Below are positions 9,904-20,104 of a stretch of DNA of 64,000 bases, one piece after another. Location of the stretch: the NCBI GenBank assembly GCA_963832165.1, contig CAWHTE010000011.1:888763-952762 (forward strand), in the 5' to 3' direction. The notes under the pieces were generated by a model. It had not been told where the DNA came from and did not search any database. It saw only the letters and a list, made by a program, of their open reading frames with translations. Source of the stretch: an uncultured delta proteobacterium (GTDB taxonomy: Bacteria > Myxococcota_A > UBA9160 > SMWR01). The position numbers and the translations under genes were made by a program. Positions within the stretch are counted from its first letter, which is position 1. Every line of letters starts with the position of its first letter.

Positions 9904-10643
9904 GGCTTGCGCGTCGCCTTCACCTGCTGCATCAGACCCGACACGTCGCCGCCGAGCGCGGCGAGGTGAGGGCCGGCCTGGAGGTCGTTGCCGACGCGGA
10001 TCGCGGTGCGCACGCCGCGCGCCTCGAGTGCCGCGTAGACGAAGCGCTTGTTGACCGTCACCACGGCGGGCGGCACCTCGGCGATGCGCCGCGCGATCTC
10101 CACGACGCGCGTCTCGAGCTCGTCGTCGGGGAAGGCCTGGTTCACGAGCCCGGCATTCGCCGCTTCCACGCCGTCGTACTCGCGGCCCGCCACGTGCAGC
10201 TCCATCGCGTGGCGCGCCGAGAGCAGAGCGGGGAACCACGGGAAGTCGGGCAGACCCGCGAAGCGCAGCACGGGGTGCGAGAGGCGCGCCGACGCCGCGG
10301 CGTAGGCGAGGTCGCACGCACCCGCGAGCTCGAGTCCGCCCGCCATCGCATAGCCGTGGATCATCGCGATCACGGGCTTGGCCAGGTCCCAGAGCGACAT
10401 CCAGCCTTCGCTCACGTGGCGCGCCCACTGCAGCCCGACGTTCGGCGTGAAGTAGGGCTGGTTCGCGCCGAGGTCCGACTTCAAGTCGTAGCCCGAGGAG
10501 AAGCAGGGGCCCGCGCCGCGCACGATCGAGACGCGCACGGCCGCATCGCCGTCGGCGCGCTGGAGCGCGCCGAGCAGCTCGGCGCGCATCTGGTTGTCGA
10601 TCGCGTTGCGCTTCTCGGGGCGGTTCAGCGTGACGATCTGCAC
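9900..10643 (-). CDS. Enoyl-CoA hydratase/isomerase (crotonase) family; true start probably near 10690
   Basis: TLNRPEKRNA, FSSGYDL, AKPVIAMIHGYAMAGGLELA..CD. The frame continues upstream ([14 protein letters not shown]) without a canonical start. Confidence 0.85.
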   Translation of the reverse strand: MQIVTLNRPEKRNAIDNQMRAELLGALQRADGDAAVRVSIVRGAGPCFSSGYDLKSDLGANQPYFTPNVGLQWARHVSEGWMSLWDLAKPVIAMIHGYAMAGGLELAGACDLAYAAASARLSHPVLRFAGLPDFPWFPALLSARHAMELHVAGREYDGVEAANAGLVNQAFPDDELETRVVEIARRIAEVPPAVVTVNKRFVYAALEARGVRTAIRVGNDLQAGPHLAALGGDVSGLMQQVKATRKP

Positions 10644-10680
10644 GCCGGGTGCAGCTTCCGAGATCGCGATTCGTTCGTAG

Positions 10681-11788
10681 TCAGTCTTTTCGCTCCCATT
10701 GGTCTTCGCTCGCCTTCGGCTCGCTGCGCGAAACTTGCGCTCGCTGCGTGCTCCGCGCCACGAGCTCGGCCATCAGCGCGTACGCCTCTTCCTGCTGCGT
10801 GCGCACGGTGACGCCGGTGTAGGGCATCGGTTCCCAGTGCTTGCGCCAGCGCTCGCGGATCCGCGCGACGGGACCGAACAGACCGCCCTCGTCGATGTAG
10901 TCGTCGGGCACGGCCGCGATCGCCTCGTCGCGCCGGCCGGCCTGGAACAGCTCGTGGATCCGGTTCGCCGCCTCGCCCCAGCCTTCGCGCTCCATGCGCT
11001 TCTTGTGGAAGTTCTGCTTCGGGTGGCCCATGCCGCCCACGTAGAGCGCGACGAAGGGCTTGCCTCGCCTGGAGCGCCGACTTCACGTCGTCGGTGATCG
11101 TCACCGTGACACCGCCCTGGATCTCGAAGTCGCGGTAGCTCTTGCCGCCGCCCGCGCGCCGGAATCCCTCTTCGAGCCAGGTCGTGAACGTCCTGGTGTT
11201 GCCGGGGCGCAGCCCGAACGGCAGCCAGCCGTCGGCGACTTCGGCCGTGAGGATCACCGTCTCCTTCGCGCCCGTGCCGAGCCAGATCCGCGGCCGCGGC
11301 TCGTAGTGCAGGATCGACTTGAGCGGCTTGCCCATCCCCGATGCGCCGGGTCCGCGGTAGGGCAGCGAGATCTCGACGCCGTCGTGCTCGACCGGTCCTT
11401 CGCGCGCGAACACCTTGCGCAGGATCGCGACGTAGTCGCGCATGCGCTCCTTGGGATTGCCCCAGGGTGCGCCATACCAGCCTTCGACGATCTGCGGACC
11501 CGAGACCCCGAGCCCGCCGATCACGCGCCCGCCGCCCGCGAGTGCGTCGAGCGTGCCGAGCTGCATCGCCGCCATCGTGGGGCTGCGCGCGGCGAGCTGC
11601 ATCACGCCCGTGCCGAGCCGGATGCGCTTCGTGTGCGCAGCGACGTAGGCGAGAGGCGTGATCGCATCGGAGCCGTAGGCCTCCGCGGTCCAGACCGAGT
11701 CGTAGCCGAGCGCTTCGCAGCGCCGGATGCGTTCGATCGGAACGTCGACTCCACGTCCGGCGTACTCGATCGCGAGTCCGAGCTTCAT
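10681..11788 (-). CDS. LLM-class (probably F420-dependent) oxidoreductase, apparent frameshift near 11063
   Basis: [31 protein letters not shown]-terminal half ([15 protein letters not shown]) continues in another frame; paralogous to 23314-24333. Confidence 0.8.
10700..10748. repeat. Repeat family B copy 1 (49 bp)
   Basis: TGGTCTTCGCTCGCCTTCGGCTCGCTGCGCGAAACTTGCGCTCGCTGCG, identical to 20021-20069. Confidence 0.9.
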
Positions 11789-11828
11789 GGGGGGAGCTCC
11801 TCGAGAGGGACGTCCAGCTTACGCGAAC

Positions 11829-13713
11829 TCAGACGTCCTGGAACGGGAACGAGAACAGGAACGTCCAGAGTGCGCGGCGGTGGTCGGCTCGGCCCGCGAG
11901 GTGCGCACTCCACATCGCCTCGATCGGCGCGGCGCGAAACCAGCCACCGCGGCGCGTGCGCGCGAGGCACGCCTCCATGCGCTCGCGCAACACGGTGCGC
12001 AGCCAGTCGGCCTGCGGCACGCCGAACCCCTGCTTCGGCTTGTGGAGCAACGCGGGCGGCAGCATGCGCTCGGCCGAGCGGCGCATCAGCACTTTGCCGC
12101 GCCCGCGCGCGAAGATCAGCTCGGGGGGCAGGCTCGCGAGCAGCTCGGCGAGGTCGGGGTCGAGCAGCGGCGCGCGCACCTCGAGCGAGTGCATCATGCT
12201 CGCGCGGTCGACCTTCGCGAGCACCGACGTCACGAGATAGGTGCGCAGCCAGGTGTGGATCTGCGCGTAGAGCGGACCCGCGCCGCTCGCCTCCGCGAAC
12301 GCGCGACGCGTCGGCTCGAGCACCGCGTCGGGATCGACCTCGTGCGCGAGGTCGGGATCGATCGCGCCGCAGCGCGTCGGGCAGCGGGAAGCCCGCGAGC
12401 CAGCCCGACACGCGCTCTTCGGGCGGGTGCAGGAATCCCTGCGCGAAGTGCTTCACCACGAAGCGCGGCGAGAGGTTGCGCGCGTCGACGGGCAGCGCGC
12501 GCTCGAGCGCGCGCACCGCTCCGAGCCAGGCCGCGCGCGGGAGCACGTGCTCGAGCGCGCGGGCGAGGCGCCAGGCGCGGAACGGGGCGTAGCCGGCCTG
12601 GAGCTCGTCGCCGCCGTCGCCGCCCAGCGCCACGACCACGTGCTCGCGCGCGAAGCGGCACAGAAGTGACGTCGGAACGATGCTCGGATCGCCGAGCGGC
12701 TCCGGCAGGTGGCGCCACACCGCGTCGATCTCGCGCTCGAGATCGGCGCCGGTCGCGAGGATCTCGTGGTGTTCGGCACCGATCTGCTCTGCGAGCAGGC
12801 GCGCGCTCGCGCGCTCGTCGTAGGAGCTCTCCTCGAAGCCGACCGTGAACGTGCGGATGCGGTCGGCGGGACGGATCCGCCGCCACGTCGAGGCGAGCAG
12901 TGAGCTGTCGATTCCGCCCGAGAGGAACACGCCGACCGGAACGTCGCTGCGCAGGCGCAGCGCGAGCGCGTGCTCGAGCGCCACCTCGTAGCGCGCGCAC
13001 GCCTCTTCGACGGCGATCGGCTCGGGCCGCGGCGTGAAGCGCCAGAACGTCCCCGTGCCGCGTACGCCGCCGTTGGGATCGAGCTCGACCCACGACGCAG
13101 CGGGCACCTGCGAGACGTCGCGGTACACCGTTGTCGCATCGGGCATGCCGTCGTACACGAGGTAGCGCGCGACGCCGAGCGGATCGGGCGGCGGCGGACC
13201 CCCGGGCCCGCGCGTGAAGCTGCGCAGCTCGGAGGAGAACACGAGCACACGTCGCCCGTCCTCACCGCGCGGCGTGCCCCAGTAGAGCGGCTTCTTGCCG
13301 AACCGGTCGCGCGCGAGCAGCAGGCGCCGCGGACCCGGCCGAAACCACGCGAACGCGAACATCCCGTTCAGCTCGGGCAGCACGTCGCGGCCCCAGAGCT
13401 CGAGCGCCTCGATCAGCACCGACGTGTCGTAGCGGCGATCGGGCTTGCGGCCCGCGGCCTCGAGGCGATCAGCGAGCTCGAGGTAGTTGTAGATCTCGCC
13501 GTTGAACGCGATCACCGACTCGCCCGAGCGGCTGCGCATCGGCTGCCGACCGCCCGCGTCGAGTCCGATGATCGCGAGGCGGCGATGGCCGAGCGCGAGC
13601 TCGGGCGAGGACCAGCGGCCTTCGTCGTCGGGGCCGCGATGCGCGAGACCGCCGAGCAGGCGCTCGACCCATTCGGCGCCGCGCGGGCCGCCGACGCCCA
13701 GGATGCCGCACAT
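11829..13713 (-). CDS. asnB: Asparagine synthase (glutamine-hydrolysing) family amidotransferase, apparent frameshift near 12368
   Basis: MCGI N-terminus, [38 protein letters not shown]-terminus ([25 protein letters not shown]) lies in a second frame. Confidence 0.85.
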
Positions 13714-13718
13714 CCTTA

Positions 13719-14853
13719 TTAGTCCGTGTCTTCGAGGTGTGCCTTGACTGCACCACCGACGCGCTCGCGGTCGATCAGGAACGTGTCGTGGCCATAGGGA
13801 GCGTCGAGCTCGACGTAGGTCACGGCGGCGCCCTGCTTGCGCAGCGCATCCGCGAGCTCGCGCTGCTGCCAGACCGGGAACAGCACGTCGGAGGTCACGC
13901 CGATCACGAGCGTGGGGCACGCGATCCGTTCGATCGGCGGCCTGCCCGCGCGACGCGTCGGTGAGGTCGAACAGGTCCATCGCCTTCGAGATGTAGAGAT
14001 AGGAGTTCGCGTCGTACTGCAGGCAGAACTTCTCGCCCTGATGGGCGAGGTAGCGCTCCACCTCGAAGTCCTCGTCGAGTCGCGGCGGACGCCCTCGCCG
14101 GCGTGCGCGGCCGAAGCGGTCCTGCCACTCGGGACCCGAGCGATAGGTGATCGTGCCCATCTCGCGCGCGATCTTCTGGCCGCGGTGCGGGAAGCTCCGG
14201 CCGTAGTAGCGGCCGTCGCGCCAGTCGGCGTCGGCCATCACGGCCTGGCGCTGCACGAAGCGCATCGCGATCGACTGCGGGTGCGAGCGCTGCGCCGCGG
14301 AGATCGTGATGACGCGGCCGACGCGCTCGGGCTCGAGCGCGGCGATCAGCAGCGATTGCATGCCGCCGAGCGACGCGCCCGACGACGCGTGCAGCCGATC
14401 GATGCCGAGGTGGTCGAGCAACGCCAGCTGCGCGCGCACCATGTCACCCACGGTGAGGATCGGGAAGTCGGTGGCGTAGGGGCGGCCCGTGCGCGGATCG
14501 GTCGAGGCGGGTCCGGTGCTCCCGTAGCAGCCGCCGAGCAGGTTGCTGCAGATCACGAAGAAGCGGTTCGTATCGACGGCCTGACCCGGACCGATGAACT
14601 CCTCCCACCAGCCCGGGCTCGGGTTCTGCGGATGGCTGTGCGCGTGCGACGATGCCGACAGACCGGTCTGCAGCAGCACGGCGTTGTCGCGAGCCGGCGA
14701 GAGCTCGCCCCACGTCTCGTACGCGATCGTGAACTCGGGAAGCTCACCGCCCCACTCGCAGCGGAACGGCTGTGCGTGGTGGAACGTGGCATAGCCCGAG
14801 ACGACGCGGTCGTAATGCGGCTCGGGGCCTTCGTGACGGGTCGGTTTCGCCAT
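13719..14853 (-). CDS. metX: MetX-fold O-acyltransferase (homoserine/serine O-acetyl- or succinyltransferase), apparent frameshift near 13950
   Basis: [36 protein letters not shown] nucleophile, [22 protein letters not shown] and YGHDTFL lie in the second frame. Confidence 0.8.
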
Positions 14854-14910
14854 GGCGAGTGGAGTGGGGCCATCATAGCCTTCCGAGCGAACCGGCCATC
14901 GGAGGTTTCC

Positions 14911-15357
14911 GTGCGCGATTCGCAGTTCGCGTCCACGACGTTTCGTCTGTTCGTTTCACTGATCGCGATCGCGCCACTCGCCGCACTCGCGTGCGCCGCG
15001 AAGATCCCGTTCATGCCCTCGAGCTCGAGCCCCGCGGCCGCAGGTCAGGTGCACGCCAAGCTCGACGACAACGGCAACTCGTGGGTAGAGCTCGAGATCG
15101 AGCACCTCGCGCTGCCGGGCACGCTCACGCCGCCGCGCGCCACCTACGTCGTGTGGGCCGAGAGCCAGTTCGGACGCCAGGTGCTCTTGGGCCGGATCGC
15201 GGTGGCGGGCAACCGCAGCGCGCAGTGGGAGGGCACCATCCCATTCGAGAAGTTCCGGATGATGGTCACGGCCGAAGACATCGCGTGGCCCGAGCGGCCG
15301 CGCGAGCCGTACGTCGTGCAGACCGAGTACGTCGAGGCCGGCAAGGGCTGGTTCTAG
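14911..15357 (+). CDS. Hypothetical lipoprotein
   Basis: SD GGAGG at 14901, GTG start, lipobox ALA|C, globular body (DDNGN..L.IEHLA.P..L.P....YVVW..MVTAE). Confidence 0.65.
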   Translation: MRDSQFASTTFRLFVSLIAIAPLAALACAAKIPFMPSSSSPAAAGQVHAKLDDNGNSWVELEIEHLALPGTLTPPRATYVVWAESQFGRQVLLGRIAVAGNRSAQWEGTIPFEKFRMMVTAEDIAWPERPREPYVVQTEYVEAGKGWF

Positions 15358-17618
15358 CGACGCGTCGTGGCGGGCGACCGCTTTGCGTCCGCATCCGCCG
15401 CTGCGAAGTCGACGTAGATCGGCGAAGACCACGCGCGCGGCTCGCGGGGCGCGAGGCATTCGTCGGCATCGCCGTCGGGCCCGGGGCACGGGTTCACCTT
15501 CACACAGTTGCCCTCGGCGTCGCGCTCGCAGCGCAGATTGCCTGCGTTGATCGCGGGCTCGGCCCCCTCGAACACGCGCACGTAGTAGATCACGTCGCGC
15601 TCGAGGTCGGCGAACTCCGGATCGTTGAACGTCGCCGCGCAACCCTGCGGATCGGGTTCGCATTCGAACACGCGCCACGGATCGTCGATCAGGTGCTCGA
15701 TCTCTTCGGTCGGCGCGGCCTGCGGGACGATCCGCACGATCTCGATCCGAGTGATCGCCTTGCGCGCGTCGTCGGGGTGGTAGCACTCGCCCTTGCACAG
15801 GTGCTGCAGCCGTTCGCGCCCGAGCGCATCCGCAGCGTCGGGCGGACAGCCGGGCTTCTGCACGAACGAGCCGACCGCGCGCACGCTGAAGATCGGCGAT
15901 CCGTTCATGCGCGCTTCGCTGCCCATCGGCAAGAGCGCGCCGTGCGACCCGGGCGGGTTCAGCAGATCGAACCAGAGCAGCGTGCGCTGGCCCGTGGTGC
16001 CGTAGACCTCGCGCCGCTCGAGCGCCGACCAGATCGACTCGCGATCGCGGCCCGTCGCGTGTACGCCGACCAGGCCTCCGGTCATGAGGAAGGACGCCTG
16101 GCGCTCCACCTCGAACACGTTGAAGCCGGGCTGATCGACGGAGAACGCGCGCGACTCGGACGCGAGCTCTTCGGGCTTCACGCCGAGCAGCGCCGCGGCG
16201 CGCCCGCCCTCGGACCCGCCGCCCTGCGACTCGGTCATGCCGCGCCGGCCGATCTGCTTGTAGCCCGTGCCGGGGCGGGCGAAGTGGTTGTCGCTCGACG
16301 CGATGAAGCCGAAGCGGAAACGGCGCGGCGGACCCGGCCCTTCGAAGTTGCCGAGTGCGGCGATGTACTGCGCCGACGACTTCGGCCGGTAGTTGAACGC
16401 GGGCTCGCGGCAGTCGCGACACTGGCCTGCGTCGAGCCATTCGGCGGTGCGCGCGCCGGGCACCGTCTTGTGCGCGGCCACGCCCGAGGCGGCCGCGTGG
16501 GCGCGCGCGGCCACGGCGCGCTTCTCACACTCGGCGGGGCCGTCGCCATCGGCGAGACAGCGCGCGCGGATGATCTCGCCCGCTTGCCAGCAGGTCGGCA
16601 GATAGTCGCGCGTGGGCGCCGGGCATACCGGGCTCCCGTCGGCCGCGAACTCGATCTCGTGCCAGCCGCGGAACACCTCGGACTCGCCGTGACCCGAGAA
16701 CACCTCGATCAGACGCTGGCGCTGCGGGTCGTGCATGTCGCCCACGAGCTGCTTGTCCCACGAGGAGCCCGGTGGCGTGTAGAAGCCCCACGTGGTGCCG
16801 TGCGGAATCACGATCGCCTCATGGCCCCATTCGTCGAGCTTGCGGAACAGCTCCGCGGGTGTCGCGGCCTGCTCCCGGCAGTTGCGCGGCAGAGCGCGCA
16901 CGTTCGCCTCGGCATCGCAGACGGGCACCGCGTCGAGCTCCGCGAAATAGCGCGCGAGGTCGTGGCTGCGCCCTCCCGAGCGCAGCGCCATCGCGCCGAG
17001 CAGGAAGGTCGACGGGCTGCCGCCCTCGATGCCCTGCAGCGCCGAGATCGGCCGCGCGGGGATCCGCGCGTCGTCGGTGTGCTCGAGCACGACGTTCTTG
17101 TGCCCATAGTGTTTGTCGGGTGAGGTGCCGACCTGGGTCCACTCCCAGCCCAGGTAGGAGACCATGTCCGGGTTCGCCGGGTCGCCCGCGACCTCGTTGC
17201 ACTGCCGGATCGAATCGATCGTCTCGCTCCAGTGCCGCGGCGTGATCGAGAAGTCGTGGTCGTTGATCGACCAGAAGTCGAGCGCGGAGCAGTAGCGCGC
17301 GAAGTCGCACGCATCGGCGGGAGGGTGGGCGCCTTCGCCGCCGAGCAGCGGCAGGCTGAAGATGAAGGCGTCGAACGAGAACGTGGTATGGACGTGCAGG
17401 TCGCCGAATAGCACCTGCTTCGGCGCCGCCACGCCGATCGCGCGCCCCGCCTCGCGGTCGCTGCGCACGCGTTCTCCGATCAGCGCGAGCGATCGCGCGG
17501 GGCCCGCAATCTCGCCAGGCCCATCGTGGGAGCCGAACGAGCCGCGCCCCGCCGAGTAGACCAGGCCGAGCGCGAAGCCGACCAGCAGGGCGAGAGCGAG
17601 CGCGACCCTCTTGACCAA
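15354..17618 (-). CDS. DUF3604 domain protein (PHP-like secreted metallohydrolase)
   Basis: Signal/TM segment, FGDLHVHTTFSFDA, LDFWSINDH, GWEWT, IPH, GFIASSDNH, EVYGTTG, YYVRV.E, RAWSSPIY. Confidence 0.8.
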   Translation of the reverse strand: MVKRVALALALLVGFALGLVYSAGRGSFGSHDGPGEIAGPARSLALIGERVRSDREAGRAIGVAAPKQVLFGDLHVHTTFSFDAFIFSLPLLGGEGAHPPADACDFARYCSALDFWSINDHDFSITPRHWSETIDSIRQCNEVAGDPANPDMVSYLGWEWTQVGTSPDKHYGHKNVVLEHTDDARIPARPISALQGIEGGSPSTFLLGAMALRSGGRSHDLARYFAELDAVPVCDAEANVRALPRNCREQAATPAELFRKLDEWGHEAIVIPHGTTWGFYTPPGSSWDKQLVGDMHDPQRQRLIEVFSGHGESEVFRGWHEIEFAADGSPVCPAPTRDYLPTCWQAGEIIRARCLADGDGPAECEKRAVAARAHAAASGVAAHKTVPGARTAEWLDAGQCRDCREPAFNYRPKSSAQYIAALGNFEGPGPPRRFRFGFIASSDNHFARPGTGYKQIGRRGMTESQGGGSEGGRAAALLGVKPEELASESRAFSVDQPGFNVFEVERQASFLMTGGLVGVHATGRDRESIWSALERREVYGTTGQRTLLWFDLLNPPGSHGALLPMGSEARMNGSPIFSVRAVGSFVQKPGCPPDAADALGRERLQHLCKGECYHPDDARKAITRIEIVRIVPQAAPTEEIEHLIDDPWRVFECEPDPQGCAATFNDPEFADLERDVIYYVRVFEGAEPAINAGNLRCERDAEGNCVKVNPCPGPDGDADECLAPREPRAWSSPIYVDFAAADADAKRSPATTRR

Positions 17619-17812
17619 GGAACTCCTCCCCCAGGGGGAGGTCCCCTGGCTCCGCGGCCCGGCTGCCGAAACCGACCCAACCGTGCCGGCGCGGGGTGTA
17701 CTCCGTCAACCCCGGGAAACACCGCAGCGGCGAGGTGATCGCCTCGCGATCTGCGCGCGCACGCGCGCGCAGATCGACACGTTGGATCCCGAGCCCGGCA
17801 CTACAGGACAAG

Positions 17813-19519
17813 ATGCTCGATCTCCTGCCTGTCGATGGGCGCTCCAGCCAGGCTGTGCGCTCCCTTTCTCGCCCCCGTCCTGCGGGTCCCACGATCTGGG
17901 CGGTCGCGAGCGGAAAGGGCGGCGTGGGGAAGTCCGTGGTCGGCGCGAGCCTCGCGATCGGCCTCTCGCAGACCGGCCCGCGCACGGTCGCGGTCGATCT
18001 CGACCTCGGCGGCGCCAACCTGCATACGCTGTTCGGCTGCGCCCGCGCACCCCAGACGCTCACCGATTTCATACAGGGGCGGGTCCGCTCGATCGAGGCC
18101 GCACTCGCCGTGACGAGCGTGCCGGGCGTGCGGCTGCTCTCGGGTGCGCGCGCATCGCTCGATCTCGCCTACGTGCCCTACGCGCAGAAGCAGAAGATCC
18201 TGCGCGGCATCTCGCGCATCGACACGGGTCACGTCGTGCTCGACCTCGGCGCGGGCAGCAGCACCCACACCCTCGACGCGTTCGTGGCCGCGGATCGCCG
18301 CATCCTCGTGGTGACCCCCGAAGCCACTTCGATCGAGAATGCCTTCCACTTCCTCAAGGCCGCGTTCTTCCGCTCGCTGCGCGACGTGCCGCGCGAGGCC
18401 GAGGGGCACGCAGCGATCACGGCTGTACTCGACGAGGCGCGCAACGGCGGTGCCACGCCGCTCGAGCTCGTCGAGGCGGTGATGCACGCCGACGCGAAGG
18501 CGGGCGCGCTGGTGTCGGGGCGGATGCGCGAGTTCGACGTCGATCTCGTGGTGAATCGCGCCGACGCACTCGGCGAGCTCGATCCGGGTGAGGAGATCGC
18601 CAAGTCCGGCCGCGCCCAGCTCGGCCTCAACATCCGCCACGCGGGATCGCTCGCCACCGACGCGTCAGTGCCCGCGGCCGTGGAGCGCGGCGTGCCCGTG
18701 ATGCAGCTGTTCCCGGCCAGCGCGTTCTGCATCGGCGTCCATGCCCTCATCGCGTCTCTGTTCGCGGACGAGCCCGCCTCGGCGACGCGCGCCGTCGCAC
18801 TCGCGGCGCTGCCCCCCGCGCCCGTGATCGACGAGACCTCCGCGCCCGCAGCGGCGACGGTGGCAGCGCGCTCGCTGTTGCGGGTTCCGTACCGCACCGG
18901 CGTGTCCGGGCGCACGCTGCGCAATCTGCGTGCTCAGCTCGGACTCGGCGGCGGGGCGGCTTCCCCCGTGCGCGCAAAGTCGGAGCGCAGCGCGCCGGCT
19001 TCCGCCTCCGGGTCGGCCTGGGCCGCCCCGCACCGCGCAGCATCGCCCGGGAACTTCCTGCGCTACCGACGCGAGCAGCTCGGGCTCGATCTCGAGGCGC
19101 TGCACGAGCACACGCGCATCCGGCATCACCTGCTCGAGGGCATCGAGCAGGAGCAGTTCGACACGCTGCCGCCCGACGTGATCCTGCGCGAGCACGTGCG
19201 ACAGATCGCGGACGCGCTGGGTCTGTCGGATCCCGACGAGCACGCGCGGCGCTTCATCGAGAAGGCGCGCGCGAAGCGCTCTGCGATCGCGCTCGCGGGG
19301 CTGGTGTCTCGCGTCAAGGGCGACGCGCGGCCCTCGAATCCGATCCCGGGCGCGCGGGAGCTTTCGGACGAAGGGGACGAGCTCGCGTCGCTCGGTGACG
19401 AATCGGTCGACTCCGCACCGCTGAATCCCCACTCGAGCGGCGCAGAGGTCGAGAGCTTCCTCGGCTCGAGCTATTCGTCCGCGCTCTCCCGCCGCATCCG
19501 ACTCCTCGCGCGCCGCTGA
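17813..19519 (+). CDS. MinD/FlhG-type ATPase fused to C-terminal RodZ-like (HTH_25) helix-turn-helix
   Basis: Deviant Walker A SGKGGVGKS, DLDLGGANLHT, LDLGAG, VVTPEATSIENA; C-terminal GNFLRYRREQLGL...TRI....LEGIE.EQF..LP. Start uncertain (17696 or 17813). Confidence 0.8.
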   Translation: MLDLLPVDGRSSQAVRSLSRPRPAGPTIWAVASGKGGVGKSVVGASLAIGLSQTGPRTVAVDLDLGGANLHTLFGCARAPQTLTDFIQGRVRSIEAALAVTSVPGVRLLSGARASLDLAYVPYAQKQKILRGISRIDTGHVVLDLGAGSSTHTLDAFVAADRRILVVTPEATSIENAFHFLKAAFFRSLRDVPREAEGHAAITAVLDEARNGGATPLELVEAVMHADAKAGALVSGRMREFDVDLVVNRADALGELDPGEEIAKSGRAQLGLNIRHAGSLATDASVPAAVERGVPVMQLFPASAFCIGVHALIASLFADEPASATRAVALAALPPAPVIDETSAPAAATVAARSLLRVPYRTGVSGRTLRNLRAQLGLGGGAASPVRAKSERSAPASASGSAWAAPHRAASPGNFLRYRREQLGLDLEALHEHTRIRHHLLEGIEQEQFDTLPPDVILREHVRQIADALGLSDPDEHARRFIEKARAKRSAIALAGLVSRVKGDARPSNPIPGARELSDEGDELASLGDESVDSAPLNPHSSGAEVESFLGSSYSSALSRRIRLLARR

Positions 19520-19586
19520 TCCGAGGTCTCCCCGCTAGAGTGAGCGCCGCGCTGCGGCCCACGCGCGCGACAGGAGACGTCGCCTC

Positions 19587-19940
19587 ATGCCCACCATCTT
19601 GCAGACCGTGCTGCTTCTCGTGATCTCGAACGCGTTCATGACCTACGCGTGGTACGGCCATCTGAAGGACCTCTCGGCTCGGCCCTGGTACATCGCCGCG
19701 CTGCTCGCGTGGGGCGTCGCGTTCTTCGAGTACCAGTTCCAGGTACCCGCGAACCGGATCGGCTACTCGACGCTCACGCTGCCGCAGCTGAAGATCCTCC
19801 AGGAGGCGATCTCGCTGATCGTCTTCGTGCCATTCTCGATCGCTTACATGCGCGTACCGGTCGGCGCGGACTATTTCTGGGCGTGTGCGTGCATCATCGG
19901 CGCCGTGTTCTTCCTGTTCCGCTCCGCCGGCGGCGGATGA
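19587..19940 (+). CDS. DMT family small membrane protein
   Basis: SN.FMT.AWYGHL, W..A..EY..QVPANRIG, QLKI.QE.I.L.VF; SD AGGAG. Confidence 0.85.
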   Translation: MPTILQTVLLLVISNAFMTYAWYGHLKDLSARPWYIAALLAWGVAFFEYQFQVPANRIGYSTLTLPQLKILQEAISLIVFVPFSIAYMRVPVGADYFWACACIIGAVFFLFRSAGGG

Positions 19941-20020
19941 GCGAGAAGAACGACCCAAGCCGTGCGGGTCGATGGCGTGGCCGGAGCGGAGGCCACTGTT
20001 CGACTTCGCTCGCCCACCGC

Positions 20021-20069
20021 TGGTCTTCGCTCGCCTTCGGCTCGCTGCGCGAAACTTGCGCTCGCTGCG
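20021..20069. repeat. Repeat family B copy 2 (49 bp), followed by GCCGGC-TTC-GCCGGC hairpin (20071-20085)
   Basis: 49/49 identical to 10700-10748; intergenic. Confidence 0.9.
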
Positions 20070-20104
20070 CGCCGGCTTCGCCGGCTTGCTAGCGTGCCGA
20101 TCCG

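Noticed and set aside
11785..14853. MetX-AsnB fusion protein (1022-aa ORF)
   Set aside because: Artefact of a frameshift: MetX has its own C-terminus and stop at 13719, and AsnB needs its own N-terminal Met-Cys at 13713.
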